From assembly GCA_024137785.1 (NCBI GenBank), contig JAHRHZ010000166.1:947367-1011366 (forward strand): a stretch of DNA of 64,000 nucleotides. Direction: 5' to 3'. The notes beneath the pieces were generated by a model. The model was given only the letters and a program-made list of their open reading frames with translations. It was not told the origin of the DNA and did not search any database. This DNA is from Ginglymostoma cirratum (lineage: Eukaryota). Below, in pieces: positions 38,390 through 51,945 of the stretch. The translations under genes were made by a program, and so were the position numbers. How positions within the stretch are numbered: position 1 is the stretch's first letter; every line of letters starts with the position of its first letter.

Positions 38390-40335
38390 GGAACATTCCG
38401 GGATACAGATGTTTCAAGTTGGATAGACGGGGATATGAAAGGGTTGCGGGGTTTGGTGGGGGGGAGCTGCACTCCTTGTTAAGGAGATATCACAGCCGTA
38501 CTGCAGGAGGAACCCTTGGATGGCTCATACAGCGAGGCAATATGGGTAGAACTCAGGAACAGGAACAGTGCAATCACAAAGTTTGGGTTTTACTATGGGC
38601 CTCCCAACGGCCAGCGGGAGATAGAATAGCAGATATGTAGGCATATTTTTGCAAAATATAAAAGTAAAAGGGTTGTTGTCATGGGTGATGTGAATTTTCC
38701 ATATATTGACTGGGACTCAATGAGTGCCTGGGGCATGGATCGGGCAGAGTTTGTAAGGAGCATCCAGGTGGGCTTCTCGCAACAGTATGTAGACAGTCCA
38801 ACTAGGAAAGGGGCCATACTGGACCAAGTATCGGGGAATGAGCCTGGCCAGGTGGTCAACATCTCAGTAAGGGAGCAGCTCAGGAACAGTGATCATAATT
38901 CAGTAAGCCTTAAGGTACCGATGGATAAAGATAGGTGCAGGTGCCAGGCGAAGGTGTTAAATTGGGGGAAGGCTAATTACAACAATATTGGTTAGGAACT
39001 GAAGAATGCAGATTGAAGGCAGATATTTGAGGACAAATGACCTATGTGGGAGGCTTTCAAGTTTAAGTTGCTGGGAACTCAGGACAGGCACATTCCTCTG
39101 AGGATGAGGGGTAGGTATGGCAGGTATAGGGAGTCTTGGATGACAAGAGATATTGTGAAGCTAATCATAAAGAAAAAAGAAGCATTTATTAAGGCTAGGA
39201 GACTGGGAACACATGACGGAAGGCTGGAATACAAGTAAAGTTGAAAGAAACTTAAGCAAGGAGTCAGGAGGGGTAAAATAGGTCACTGAAAGTCATTGGT
39301 CAACAGGATTAGGGAAAATTCCAAGTCTTTTTATACACATATAAAGTGCAAGAGGGTAACCAGGCATAGGGTTGACTCACTGAGGACAGGGAAGGTAATA
39401 TACATGTGGAGCCAGAGGAAATGGGCGAGGCACTAAATGAGTACTTTGGTCAGTATTCAGCATAGAGAAGACCTTGGTTGATGATGAGTCTGGTGAAGGA
39501 TGGTTAGATAGGTTGGGTCATGTTGAGATCAAAAAGGAGGAAGTATTGGATTCAAATGATAGCTGGGAAACCAGTAGGTCATTCATTGAGGATGGTGTGT
39601 TTAAGTACGCAGTGGGGCCTGGGCATACTTGTGCACCAGTCACTGAAGGTAAGCATGCAGGTGCAGCGGGTGGTAAAGGAGGCAAATGGCTTGTTGGACT
39701 TCATTGCGAGAGGTTTCGAATACAGGAGCAGGGATGTGTTGTTGCAGTTTTACAGGGCCTTGGTGAGTCTGCACGTGGAATATTACGTGCAATTTAGGTA
39801 TCCATTCCTGAGGAAGGATACCCTTGCTCTCGGGGGAGTGCAGTACATTTTTACCAGGTTGATTCTGGGGATGGCAGTCTGACATATGAGGAGAAATTGA
39901 CTAGGTTGGGTTTGTTTTTGATATAATTCAGATGAATGGGGGAGTAGATTTCATATAGGCTTATAAAATTCTAACAGGACTGGACAGGGTGGATGCAGGG
40001 AGGATGCTCCCGATGGTGGATGTGTCCAAACCAGAGTTCACAGTATGAGGATTCGGTTTCGATGATTTAGGACGGAAATGAGGAAGCATTTTTTCACACA
40101 AAGAGTGATGAGCCTGTTTTATTCATTGCCACAGGAAGTATTTGATGACAAAACATTGAATGCATTCAAGAGGCGACTAGATATAGTACTTGGGAGAATG
40201 GCATCAAATGTTATGTGGAGAAAGCAGCATTGGGCTATTGAGTTGCACGATCAGAAATGGTTATGAAGAATGTTGGAGCAGGCTTGAAGGGCCGAATGGC
40301 TTCCTCCTGCTCATATCTTTTATGTTTCTATGTCT
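38390..40335 (+). mobile_element. CR1 LINE(s): endonuclease region plus 3' region
   Basis: MGDVNFPYIDWD, SDHNSV and RKHFFTQRV motifs; tatgtttctatgt tail; internal deletion or composite junction near 39560. Confidence 0.85.
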
Positions 40336-40781
40336 TTCAGTGCTTAGAGTTAAAATAGATATCTGACCAGCAGCTTGAAGTGCAGGTTGACAGAGAGAGA
40401 GCCTGAATGGAAACATTTTATATCGAACAGCCAAGCATCATTTTGACCAAGACAACAAGTCTTTTTCAAATTTATCCATTCAATTGAAACCAAGTCTTTA
40501 GATACTAAAACGTTATTAAATTCATATCTGATGGTGTTGACGACGTCGATCCAATTCTAAGTAAGAAATATTGTTATGTCATCAGAGGTGTAAAGATTAG
40601 CTCATTTGGAACATCGGAAAGAACCAACTGCCATCTGTGAATTGACAACACCTTTTAGCTCTCAAATAAAACACCATTTAATGAAAAACGCTCCACATCA
40701 TTTCTAGCTAAAAGTCCTCACAGAAGCAATTACAGTTTAAAAAAACACCCCTGACAGCAGAAACAGCGGAAGAAAGGCACT

Positions 40782-41237
40782 TGTGATGTGAACTTAACAG
40801 GGGCAAGGCTGGAGAAGGCAGAAAGTTCCAGAGGACAGTCTGTACATACTTGGAGAGATTAAGTTAGTTTATCATTGTTTTATTAATTAGGTTTATATAG
40901 TGGTACTTGTGTTTATTTGAACGGCATTATAGCAGAATTTAGACTAGTCAGGGAATAGTTAGTACTTAGGTGGGAACTGATCGATTTGTCAGTAATTCTG
41001 TCAATTTGGTCATTGTTGGGGTTTAATTAATAAATTGTTTCATATTATTTATAATGCAGATCAGGAATTTTCTTTCCTTTAACCAATCTTTTAACAGAGT
41101 ACGAGGGGAAAGCCAAGCTTCTCTGCATGTAGTGGGGATGATTGTCAGAAGGGAACCTTTATTTCTGTGATAAAAGATCGGGTATTGTACTTTAGTTTAA
41201 TTAAGCAGAGGGGTTTGGCCATTCCCCCTCCGTGACA
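40782..41237 (+). repeat. Possible LTR (TG...CA)
   Basis: tgtgatg...cgtgaca termini and internal aataaa; no TSD found. Confidence 0.35.
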
Positions 41238-42479
41238 GTAAGAGGGAATTAGATCTCATTGAAGATAATAAAGATAGCTTACTACTAGGTTAAAAAAGGA
41301 AACCCATGATGGGGGAAGTGAAGTTAAAAAGCTCAGGTGTATTCATTGGAATAAAGTAGCCGACATGAAGTCACAGTGTTGGTGGTTTAGGAAAAGCCTT
41401 CAGAAGATGACTGTAGGGAAAAAAAGAACAGGATAAGCTAGTTATTTTTGTTAAAGTAATAAACAAAATTGGAGGATGTACTGTTCGAAAGTTGGTTGAA
41501 AATGACATTCCAGATCTTCATAAACCATTTGCTTGTGAAGGTAAAGTTTACTTGCATATGCCAGGAGCAGCAGAAGTTAACAGTATTAACAGATTTGGTA
41601 TCATGTCAACCTTTGACGCTCAGAGATGATGTGATATGTAAGTCAGAAGGACTATTGCTCAAAAGTATGCTGGTACTTGGAATTCGTGGTGAGATGAGAA
41701 GTGTCCCATTCTGTAGAGTAGGGTTGAAGTATCCAGTGAAAAGTGAAGAATGATGTTAGGAATACTGGAGGCACCCTCAGCTTCAGGAATAAAATTTGTC
41801 CTTGGTAACATTATAGCTGGATTACAGGTCGGATTGCTGCTTACTCTGGTTGAAATGAGTGTGGAAAATCAGTCAACTGATGTATTACAGGAAGTATATC
41901 TTGAGATTTTTGCTGACAGTGTGATAATAAGGTCACAGAGCCATTGGTTGAAACAAGAGGAGAAATCAAAGATTACAGATAAGGAAGTTGAAATAGAATT
42001 ATCAGAGATAATGTTTGATCAAATGTTTGAGAAAAAAAAGATCAAGAACAGGTGGTGGACAAAATAGATATTATTAGTGATAACGAGGTGTAGAGCTGGA
42101 TGAACACAGCAGGCCAAGCAGCATCAGAGGAGCAGGAAAGCTGACGTTTTGGGGCTAGACCCTTCTTTAGAAGGCAGTCCCTACTATCTCTAGATATTAT
42201 TAGTTCAGGGAAATTAACTGAATTAGAACAGAAGGATTAAAAACTGAAGCAATTGTATCGAAAAGCATGCGTAGAAGAAGAATCTGAGTGTATTCCCAAA
42301 TGTTACTATCTTAAAAATGTTTGCCTCAATAAGGAAATGGAAACCATCACATATTCTGACAGACGAGAAATGGGCAGAAGTTCAGGCGTGACAGAAGTAC
42401 AAGTATGCAAGAAGATTGAGTTGTCCTTTTGATAAACAGTGCTTAAAAGGGATATTCTTAACGTATCATCAAATGAGGA

Positions 42480-45100
42480 CATATAATTAGAACATAGAAA
42501 CAAGAAGGGGATGGCCACTCTGTTAGAACTGCATTATAGACCCACAAATAGCTAGTGGGTACTAAAGGAGCAGATGTGCAGACAGATTCCAGATACTTGT
42601 GGGAATTGCAGAGTAGTTTTGGCTGGAAGTTTCAATTTCCCCTGTATTGACTGAACTACCCAGAGTGTAAAAGGCTCAGATGGCGTAGAGTTTGTCAAAT
42701 AAGTCCAGTGAAGCTTCTTCAATCAATATGCAGAGGACAATGTTTTGGAAGGTGCAACACTGGCCTTCCTGTTAAGAGATGAGTTAGAGGAAGTGACTGA
42801 AGTGTCAGTCGGAGAGCACTTTGGTCCAGTGGCCTTAACTCTCTTAGTTTTAACATAGTTACAGGAAAAGTTAGGACAGGACCATAGGTTAATGTGCTAA
42901 GCTGGAGCAAGGCCCATTTTCGGGCCATTAGGCAGGATCTAGCAAATGTCGATTGGGTGAGTCTGCTTGAAGGACAAGGACGGAATGGCAAATGTGATGC
43001 TTTTAAAATTGTGATATCAAGAGTCCAGGGACAGTATATCCCTGTTAGGATGAAGGGCAAAGTTGATAAGTTTAGAGATCCCTGGCTGACGAGTGATACT
43101 GAGACTCTAGTCAGTAAAAAGCAGAAGGCATACATTGTGTTCAAGCTATCAGTTTCAAGTGAATTGCTCGATGACTAGCAAAAGTATAGGCGCACACCCA
43201 ACAGGGGTGACAGAAAAGGTTGATCTCGCAGATAAGGTTAAAGATAATCCTAAGAGATTTTATAGTTATATTAAGAGTAAAAGGGTGTCTAGGGAGAGAA
43301 TAGGTCCACTTAAAGATCAGCTTTGTCATCTAAGCGTGGAGCCACAGGAGATGGGGGAGATTTTCAATGAATATTTCTCCTCCGTGTTTACTGAGGAGAG
43401 AATCATGGATGCTATGATAACGAAGGAAACAAGTGAGAATGTTTTGGGCCACATACACATTAACAGAGAAGAGGTATTTGCAGCCTTAAAGCGCTTAAGG
43501 TCAATAAATTTCCTGGGCCTGATCAAGTCCATTGTTGAACGTTGTGAGATGCTACGGAAGAAATTGCAGAGGTCCTAGCAGAGGTTTTTGCTTCAGTTTT
43601 AGCTGCTGATTAAGTTCTGGTAGACTGGAAGTTGGATAATGTTGTTTCTTTGTTAAGGAAATGTAGCAAAGGCATGCCAGGGAACGACAAGCCAATGAGT
43701 GGTAGGTAAGTGACTGGAAAGGATACTGAGGGACAGAATCAACCAACTTTTGCATAGTTAGGCTCTTACTAGGGGTGGTCAGCGTGGAAATATGCCCGGA
43801 AAGTCACATCTGACATTTCTTTTAGGCTTTCCGAGGATGTAACCAGCAGAATGGATGAGGGTAGGCCATTGAATGTTGTCTATATGGACTTTAGTAAGCC
43901 CGTTGACAAGGTCCCACACAGCAGGCTGGTCATAAAATTTATGTTGCGTGGGATTCAGGGAATGTTAGCTAATTGACTTAAAAATTGGCTCGATGGTAGG
44001 AAGCAGAGAGTAATGATTGAAGTTCGTTCCTCAAACCGGAGACCTGTGAGTACTAGTGTGCCACATTCGGTGCTGGGACAGTTCATTTGTTATTTACATA
44101 AATTATCTGGACGTGAATGTACAAAGCATGCTTAGTAAGTTTGCAGATGATACAGAATTAGGATATATCATTGGTTGCGAGGAAGGTTGTCAAAGATTAC
44201 AGAGGGATCTTGATCAGATAGGGAAGTGGCTTGAGGATTGGCAAATGTGATTCAAAACGGATAATTGTGAGATGTTGCATTCTGGAAAGTCAAATCAAAG
44301 CAGGACTTATGCGGTAAATGGTAAGGTCCTCATGAGTCTTATGAAAAAGAGGGATCTAGAAGTACAAGTACATAGTTCATTGAAAGTGGCATCACAGGTG
44401 GACAAGGTGGTGAAGAACCACCAACATTTACCATGTTGGACTTCATTGGTCGAGGCACAGAGTATAGGAGTTATGTTACGGTTGTATAAGTCGTTGGTAC
44501 GGCCGCACTTCGAGTATTAGTCATAGGGTCATAGCCATAGAGTCATACAGCACGGAAACAAACCCTTTGGTCCAACGAGTCCATGCCGGCCATAATCCCA
44601 AACTAAACTTGTCCCACCTGCCTATGGTTAGCCCATATTCCTTCATACACTTCTTATGTATGTTGTATTGTGTGCAGTTTTGGTTGCCCTGTTATAGGAC
44701 CGCCATAGTTAAACTGTGCAAAGAACATTTTCAGAAATTTTGCCAGGACTAGTCAGCTTGAGTCCGAGGGAGAAGTTGGGAAAATAAGGGTTGACTTCAT
44801 TGAGGTGTATATAATCATGAGGTGCATCGATAGGATGAAGGTACACAGTCGTTTTCCCAGAGATAGGCGTTGAAAACTAGAGGGCACACGCTTCAGGTGA
44901 GAGGGAATAGATTTAAGAAGGTCCTCAATGACAACTTCTGCACGCAGAGAGTTATGCATATATGGAATAGGCTGCGACAGAATGTGAGTGATGCATGCAC
45001 AACAGCAATGTTTAAAATAAAATCATTTGGATAGGTACATGGATGGGAAGAGTTTAGAGGGAAATGGTCCAAATATGGGCAGCTGGAACTAGCTGATATT
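42480..45100 (+). mobile_element. CR1 LINE (EN + RT), degenerate
   Basis: DNPKRFYSYIKSKR and SKFADDT motifs; contains an inverted CR1 tail at ~44520-44660. Confidence 0.85.
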
Positions 45101-46456
45101 GCAAGTCAGTCAGAGAAAGGATGTGTTGTGGGTAGCAGTAGGAGGTCATTTAGGATGTCAGAAAAGCGCAAGCCAACATACAAAAGAAACATTTTTACTG
45201 GCCTGGACTGCAATAGGATTTAGTTGAACTTTGCCAGACATGTAATACATAAAAGATCCTTCAATTTGATACGGCAATGTATGGGTGAGTGAATGTTTTT
45301 TTTTTCTCTTATGCGTGTAATGTATCAGGAAATGTGTTATTACCAAAGTAGGAATTGGTATTTGTTGACAATAAGGAATGTGTCCACTAGAGGGTAAATC
45401 CACATTTGATATGTGGGAGGATTTTAAAGAGAGGTTGATTAGAGTACGGGGCAGACATGTCCCTGTGAAAATGAGGGATAGAAAGGGCAAGATTAGGGAA
45501 TCATGGATGACAGGTGAAATTGTGAGACTAGCAAAGAGGAAAAAGGAAGCATACATAAAGTTTAGGCGACTGCAAACAACTGAGCTTTGGAAGAATATCG
45601 AGAAATTAGGACCGATATGAAACGAGGAATTAAGATGGCGAAAATGGGTCATGAAATATCTTTGACAAAGAGGGTTAAGGAAAATCCCAAAGCCTTTTAT
45701 TCATACATAAGGAGCAAGAGGGTAACTAGAGTAAAGGTTGGCCCAATCAAGGACAAAGGAGGGAAGTTATGCATGGAGTCAGAGAAAATGAGTGAGATTC
45801 TTCTTGAGTACTTTGCGTCGGTATTCACTGAGGAGAGGGACATGACAGATGTTGATGCTAGGGATAGATGTTTGATTACTCGAGGTCAAGTCAGCATAAG
45901 GGGGGGGAGTGTTGGGTATTCTAAAAGGCAATAGGGTGGACAAGCTCCCAGGTCCAGATGCGATCTATCCCAGTTCACTGAGGGAAACGAGAGAGGAAAT
46001 AGCTGGGGCCTTAACAGATATCTCCGTAGCATCCTTGAGCACGGGTAAGGTCCTGGAGGACTGGAGAATTGCTAATGTTGTCCCCTTGTGTAAGAAGGGT
46101 AGCAAGGACAATCCAGGTAATTATAGAGCGGTGAGCCTGACGTCAGTGGTGGGGAAACTGCTGGAGAAGATACTGAGGGATAGGATCTATTTATATTTGG
46201 AAGAAAGTGGGCTTATTACTGATAGGCAGCATGGTTTGTGCAGGGAAGTTCATGTCTTATCAAATTGATAGATTTCATTGAGGAAGTGGCAAAGTTGATA
46301 GATGAGAGAAGGACTGTGGATGTCATTTACATGGACTTCAGTAAGGAGTTTTATAAGGTTCCCCATGGAAGGCTGATTGAGAAAGTGTAGTCACATGGGG
46401 TCCAGAGTATACTAGCTAAATGGATAGAGAAGTGACTGGGCAACAAGAGACAGAGA

Positions 46457-48842
46457 TAAAAGATACTGCAGATGCTGGAGAATCCGAGATAACAAGCATG
46501 GGGCTGGATGAACACAACAGGTCAAGCAGCATCATAGGAGCAGGAAAACTTGATATTCCGGGCCTAAACCCTTCATCAGAAATGGGGGAGGGGAAGAGGG
46601 TTCTGAAATAAATAGGGAGAGAGGGGGAGGTGGAGGGAGGATGGAGAGAGGAGAGGATAGGTGGAGAGGAGGCAGACAAGTCGAAGAGACGGGGATGGAG
46701 CCAGTAAAGGTGAGTGTAGGAAGGGGGGTAGGGAGGAGATATGTCAGTCCAGGGAGGACGGACAGGTCAAGGGGGTGGGATGATGTTAGTAGATAGGAGA
46801 TGGGGGTGTGGCTTGAGGTGAGAGGAAAAACCGGTTAGGGAGGTAGAGATGAGCTGGGCTGGTTTTGGGATGTGGTTGTGGGAGGGGAGATTTTGAAGCT
46901 TGTGAAATCCACATTGATGCCGTTGGGCTGCAGGGTTCCCAGGCTGAATATGATTTGCTGTTCCTGCAGCCTTCGGGTGGCATCGCTGTGGCATTGCAGG
47001 AGGCCAAGGATGGACATGTCATCTGAGGAATCGGAGGGGGAGTTGAAATGGTTCGCGACTGGGAGGTGCAGTTGTTTGTTGCGAACTGAGCGCAGGTGTT
47101 CTGCAAAGCGGTCCCCAAGCCTCCACTTGGTTTCCCTGATGTAGAGGAAGCCACAACGGGTACAGCGGATGCAGTAGACCACATTGGCAGATGTGCAGGT
47201 GAACCTCTGCCTGATGTGGAAAGTCTTCTTGGGGCCTGGAATTGGGGTGAGGCAGGAGGTGTGGGGGCAGGTGCAGCACTTCCTGCGGTTACAAGGAAAA
47301 GTGCCAGGTGTGGTGGGGCTGGAGGGGAGTGTGGAGCGGACAAGGGAGTCGCGGAGGGAATGGTCCCTCCGGAAGGCAGATAAGGGTGGGGAGGGAAAAA
47401 TGTCTTTGGTGGTGGTGTCTGATTGCAGATGGCGGAAGTGTCGGAGGATGATGCATTGGATCCGGAGGTTGGTGGGGTGGTATGTGAGGACGAGGGGGAT
47501 TCTTTTTTGGTTATTGTTGCGGGGACGGGGCGTGAGGGATGAGTTCCGGGAAATGCGGGAGACACGGTCGAGGGCGTTCTCGACCACTGTGGGGGGGTGG
47601 AATTAGCGGTCCTTGAAGAATGAGGACATTTGAGATGTGCGGGATTGGAATGTCTCATCCTGGGAGCAGATGCGGCGGAGGCGAAGGAATTGGGAATAGG
47701 GGATGGCATTTTTGCAGGAGGGTGGCTGGGAGGAGGTGTATTCCAGGTAGCTGTGGGAGTCAGTGGGCTTGAAATGGACATCTGTCTCTAGGTGGTTGCC
47801 AGAGATGGAGACAGAGAGGTCCAGGAAGGAGAGAGAAGTGCTGGAGATGGTCCAGGTGAACTTCAGGTTGGGGTGGAAGGTGTTGGTGAATTGGATGAAC
47901 TGTTCGAGCTCCTCGTGGGAGCACGAGGCGGCGCCGATGCAGTCATCAATGTAACGGAGGAAGAGGTGGGGATAAGGGCCAGTGTAGGTACGGAAGAGGG
48001 ATTGTTCCACATAACCTACAAAGAGGCAGGCATAGCTTGGGCCCATGCAGGTACCCATGGCCACCCCCTTTGTCTGTAGGAAGTGGGAGGAATTGAACGA
48101 AAAGTTGTTGAGGGTGAGGACGAGTTCGGCGAGGCGGATGAGGGTGTCGATGGAGGGGGATTGGTTCGTTCTGCAGGACAGGAAGAAGCGGAGGGCCTTT
48201 CGGCCATCAGCATGGGGAATACAGGTAAATAGGGACTGGACATCCATAGTAACAATGAGGTGTTGGGGACCTGGAAATTGGAAGTTCTGGAGGAGGTGGA
48301 GGGCGTGGGTGGTGTCACCTACGTAAGTAGGGAGTTCCTGGACCAAGGGGGTGAAAATGGAGTCTAGGTAAGTGGAGATGAGTTCGGTGGGGCAGGAGCA
48401 GGCGGAGACAATGGGTCGACCAGGGCATTCATGTTTGTGGATTTTGGGGAGGAGATAGAAGCGGGCGGTGCGGGGTTGGGGAACGATGAGGTTGGAGGCG
48501 GTGGGTGGGAGGTCACCTGAGGTGATGAGGTTGTGGATGGTTTGGGAGATGATGGTTTGGTGCTCGGGGGTGGGGTCATGATCTAGGGGGTGGTAGGAGG
48601 TGGTGTCAGAGAGTTGGCGCCTGGCCTCAGCAATGTCGAGGTCAGTGCTCCATTCTACAACTGCCCCTCCCTTGTCCGCGGGTTTGATGGTGAGGTTGGG
48701 ATTGGAGCGGAGGGAGCAGAGGGCTGCACGGTCTGCGGGGGAGAGGTTGGAGTGTTTGAAAGGCGTAGAGAGGTTGAGGCGATTGATGTCTCGATGGCAG
48801 TTGGAGATGAAGAGGTCGAGGGAGGGTAGGAGGCCTTGGGGT
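46457..48842 (-). mobile_element. Penelope-like element, left inverted arm
   Basis: GVAMGTCMGPSYA, FLRYIDD and NVVYCIRCTRCGFLYI motifs; complete 3' tail. Confidence 0.95.
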
Positions 48843-49189
48843 CTCCCAGACCTGCAAAGGACCTCTTCTGTTTTTTATTCTCCGTAGGATCCACAGCTTG
48901 AATTCACAATTCTACTCAGCTTTATTGGACACCAAAAACCGTAAGTACAGTAAACTTACTGATTCCCACCACCCAAAACGTGCTTCCCCCACTCCCCTAA
49001 TCCCCACCCGTACCCAGGACCTCCCATACAATGTACCCGCCGCCATTGGCCATTAAGCTACTGGCGGAGAAACAACTGATCACGTCACATCCGCCACCGC
49101 CGGGCACCCCACTTCCGGGACAGCGAACGCCGCCGTTGCTGAAACCACCGCCTTCATCACCGAAACCAACACCGTCATCGCTGTTGCCG

Positions 49190-49350
49190 CCGCCGCCGCC
49201 GCTCCGCACACCGCCGACAACGCTCCGCCCACCGCCGACAACGCTCCGCCCACCGCCGAAGCCGACACAACACCCACCGCCGACGTACCTCCGCCCACCG
49301 ATGACGCCAGCGCAACTCCGACCACTGCCGACGTAACTCCGCCCAGATGA
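49190..49350 (+). repeat. GC-rich ~21-bp tandem repeat in PLE N-terminal coding region
   Basis: ccgcccaccgccgacaacgct-like units; more units than in the 57.3-kb copy. Confidence 0.75.
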
Positions 49351-51917
49351 CGCAGACGTAACCCCGCCCACAGCCTCCACAGCCAGCAGCTCCAGAGGAG
49401 ACAGCAACACTGAGCCCTGCCGAGTATTCACCATCCCCTCAGACCTCCCCCTTTCTGAGGACGAACGGTCACTCCTCAGTAAAGGGCTCACCTTTGTCCC
49501 CGTCCACCAACATATCAACGAATACCGCTCACGCTTGGATATTGAGCAGTTTTTCCGCCGCCTCCGCCTCCACGCTTACTTCTCTCACCGCGAAACTAAC
49601 CCTCCCTCTACTGACCCCTTCTCCTGCCTCCAACACAAGCCCTCCTCCTGGACACCACCCCAAGGCCTCCTACCCTCCCTCGACCTCTTCATCTCCAACT
49701 GCCGTCGAGACATCAATCGCCTCAACCTCTCTACCCCTCTCAAACACTCCAACCTCTCCCCCGCAGAACGTGCAGCCCTCTGCTCCCTCCGCTCCAATCC
49801 CAACCTCACCATAAAACCTGCGGACAAGGGAGGGGCAGTCGTAGTATGGCGCACTGACCTTGACATTGCTGAGGCCAGGCGCCAACTCTCTGACACCACC
49901 TCCTACCGCCCCCTAGATCATGACCCCACCCCCGAGCACCAAACCATCATCTCCCAAACCATCCACAACCTCATCACCTCAGGTGACCTCCCACCCACCG
50001 CCTCCAACCTCATCGTTCCCCAACCCCGCACCGCCCGCTTCTATCTCCTCCCCAAAATCCACAAACCTGAATGCCCTGGTCGACTCATTGTCTCCGCCTG
50101 CTCCTGCCCCACCGAACTCATCTCCACCTACCCAGACTCCATTTTCACCCCCTTGGGCCAGGAACTCCCTACCTACGTCCGTGACACCACCCACGCCCTA
50201 CACCTCCTCCAGAACTTCCAATTCCCAGGTCCCCAACATCTCATTGTTACTATGGACGTCCAGTCCGGATACACCTGTATTCCCCATGCTGATGGCCGAA
50301 AGGCCCTCCGCTTCTTCCTGTCCCGCAGAACGGACCAATCCCCCTCCACCGACACCCTCATCCGCCTAGCCGAACTCGTCCTCACCCTCAACAACTTTTC
50401 TTTCAATTCCTCCCACTTCTGACAGACAAAGGGGGTGGCCATGGGTACCTGCATGGGCCCAAGCTATGCCTGCCTCTTTGTAGGTTATGTGGAACAATCC
50501 CTCTTCCGTTCCTACACTGGCCCTTATCGCCACCTCTTCCTCCGTTACATTGATTACTGCATCGGCGCCGCCTCGTGCTCCCACGAGGAGCTCGAACAGT
50601 TCATCCAATTCACCAACACCTTTCACCCCAACCTGAAGTTCACCTGGACCATCTCCAGCACTTCTGTCTCTTTCCTGGACCTCTCTGCCTCCATCTCGGG
50701 CAACCACCTAGAGACAGATGTCCATTTCAAGCCCACTGACTCCCACAGCTACCTGGAATACACCTCCTCCCAGCCACCCTCCTGCAAAAATGCCATCCCC
50801 TATTCCCAATTCCTTCATCTCCGCCGCATCTGCTCCCAGGATGAGACATTCCAAACACCGCACATCTCAAATGTGCTCATTCTTCTAGGACCGCTACTTC
50901 CCCCACACAGTGGTCAAGAACGCCCTCGACCGTGTCTCCCGCATTTCCCAGAACACATCCCTCACGCCCCATCCCCGCAACAATAACAAAAAAAGAATAC
51001 CCCTCGTCCTCACATACCACCCCACCAACCTCCGGATCCAACGCATCATCCTCCGATACTTCCGCCATCTGCAATCAGACCCCACCACCAAAGACATTTT
51101 TCCCTCCCCACCCTTATCTGCCTTCCGGAGGGACCACTCCCTCCGCGACTCCCTTGTCTGCTCCACACTCCCCTCCAGCCCCACCACACCTGGCACTTTT
51201 CCTTGTAACCGCAGGAAGTGCTACACCTGCCCCCACACCTCCTGCCTCACCCCAATTCCAGACCCCAAGAAGACTTTCCACATCAGGCAGAGGTTCACCT
51301 GCACATCTGCCAATGTGGTATACTGCATCCGCTGAACCCGTTGTGGCTTTCTCTACATCAGGGAAACCAAGCGGAGGCTTGGGGACCGCTTTGCAGAACA
51401 TCTGCGCTCAGTTCGCAACAAACAACTGCACCTCCCAGTCGCGAACCATTTCAACTCCCCCTCCGATTCCTCAGATGACATGTCCATCCTTGGCCTCCTG
51501 CAATTCCACAGTGATGCCACCCGAAGGCTGCAGGAACAGTAAATCATATTCAGCCTGGGAACCCTGCAGCCCAATGGCATCAATGTGGATTTCACAAGCT
51601 TCAAAATCTCCCCTCCCACAACCACATCCCAAAACCAGCCCAGCTCATCTCCACCTCCCTGACCTGTTTTTCCTCTCACCTCAAGCCACACCCCCATCTC
51701 CTATCTACTAACATCATCCCGCCCCCTTGACCTGTCCGTCCTCCCTGGACTGACCTATCTCCTCCCTACCCCCCTACCTACACTCACCTTTACTGGCTCC
51801 ATCCCCGCCTCTTCGACTTGTCTGCCTCCTCTCCACCTATCCTCTCCTCTATCCATCCTCTATCCACCTCCCCCTCTCTCCCTATTTATTTCAGAACCCT
51901 CTACCCCTCCCCCATTT

Positions 51918-51945
51918 CTGATGAAGGGTTTAGGCCCGAAACGTC
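51918..51945 (+). ncRNA. Minimal hammerhead ribozyme motif
   Basis: CUGAUGA-A-GGGU(UUAG)GCCC-GAAAC-GUC. Confidence 0.55.

Noticed and set aside
49190-49350. CRISPR-like array
   Set aside because: Eukaryotic coding minisatellite without unique spacers.
46786-51711. Long Pro/Ser/Thr-rich and Gly/Val-rich ORFs
   Set aside because: Alternative or antisense frames of the C-rich PLE sequence.
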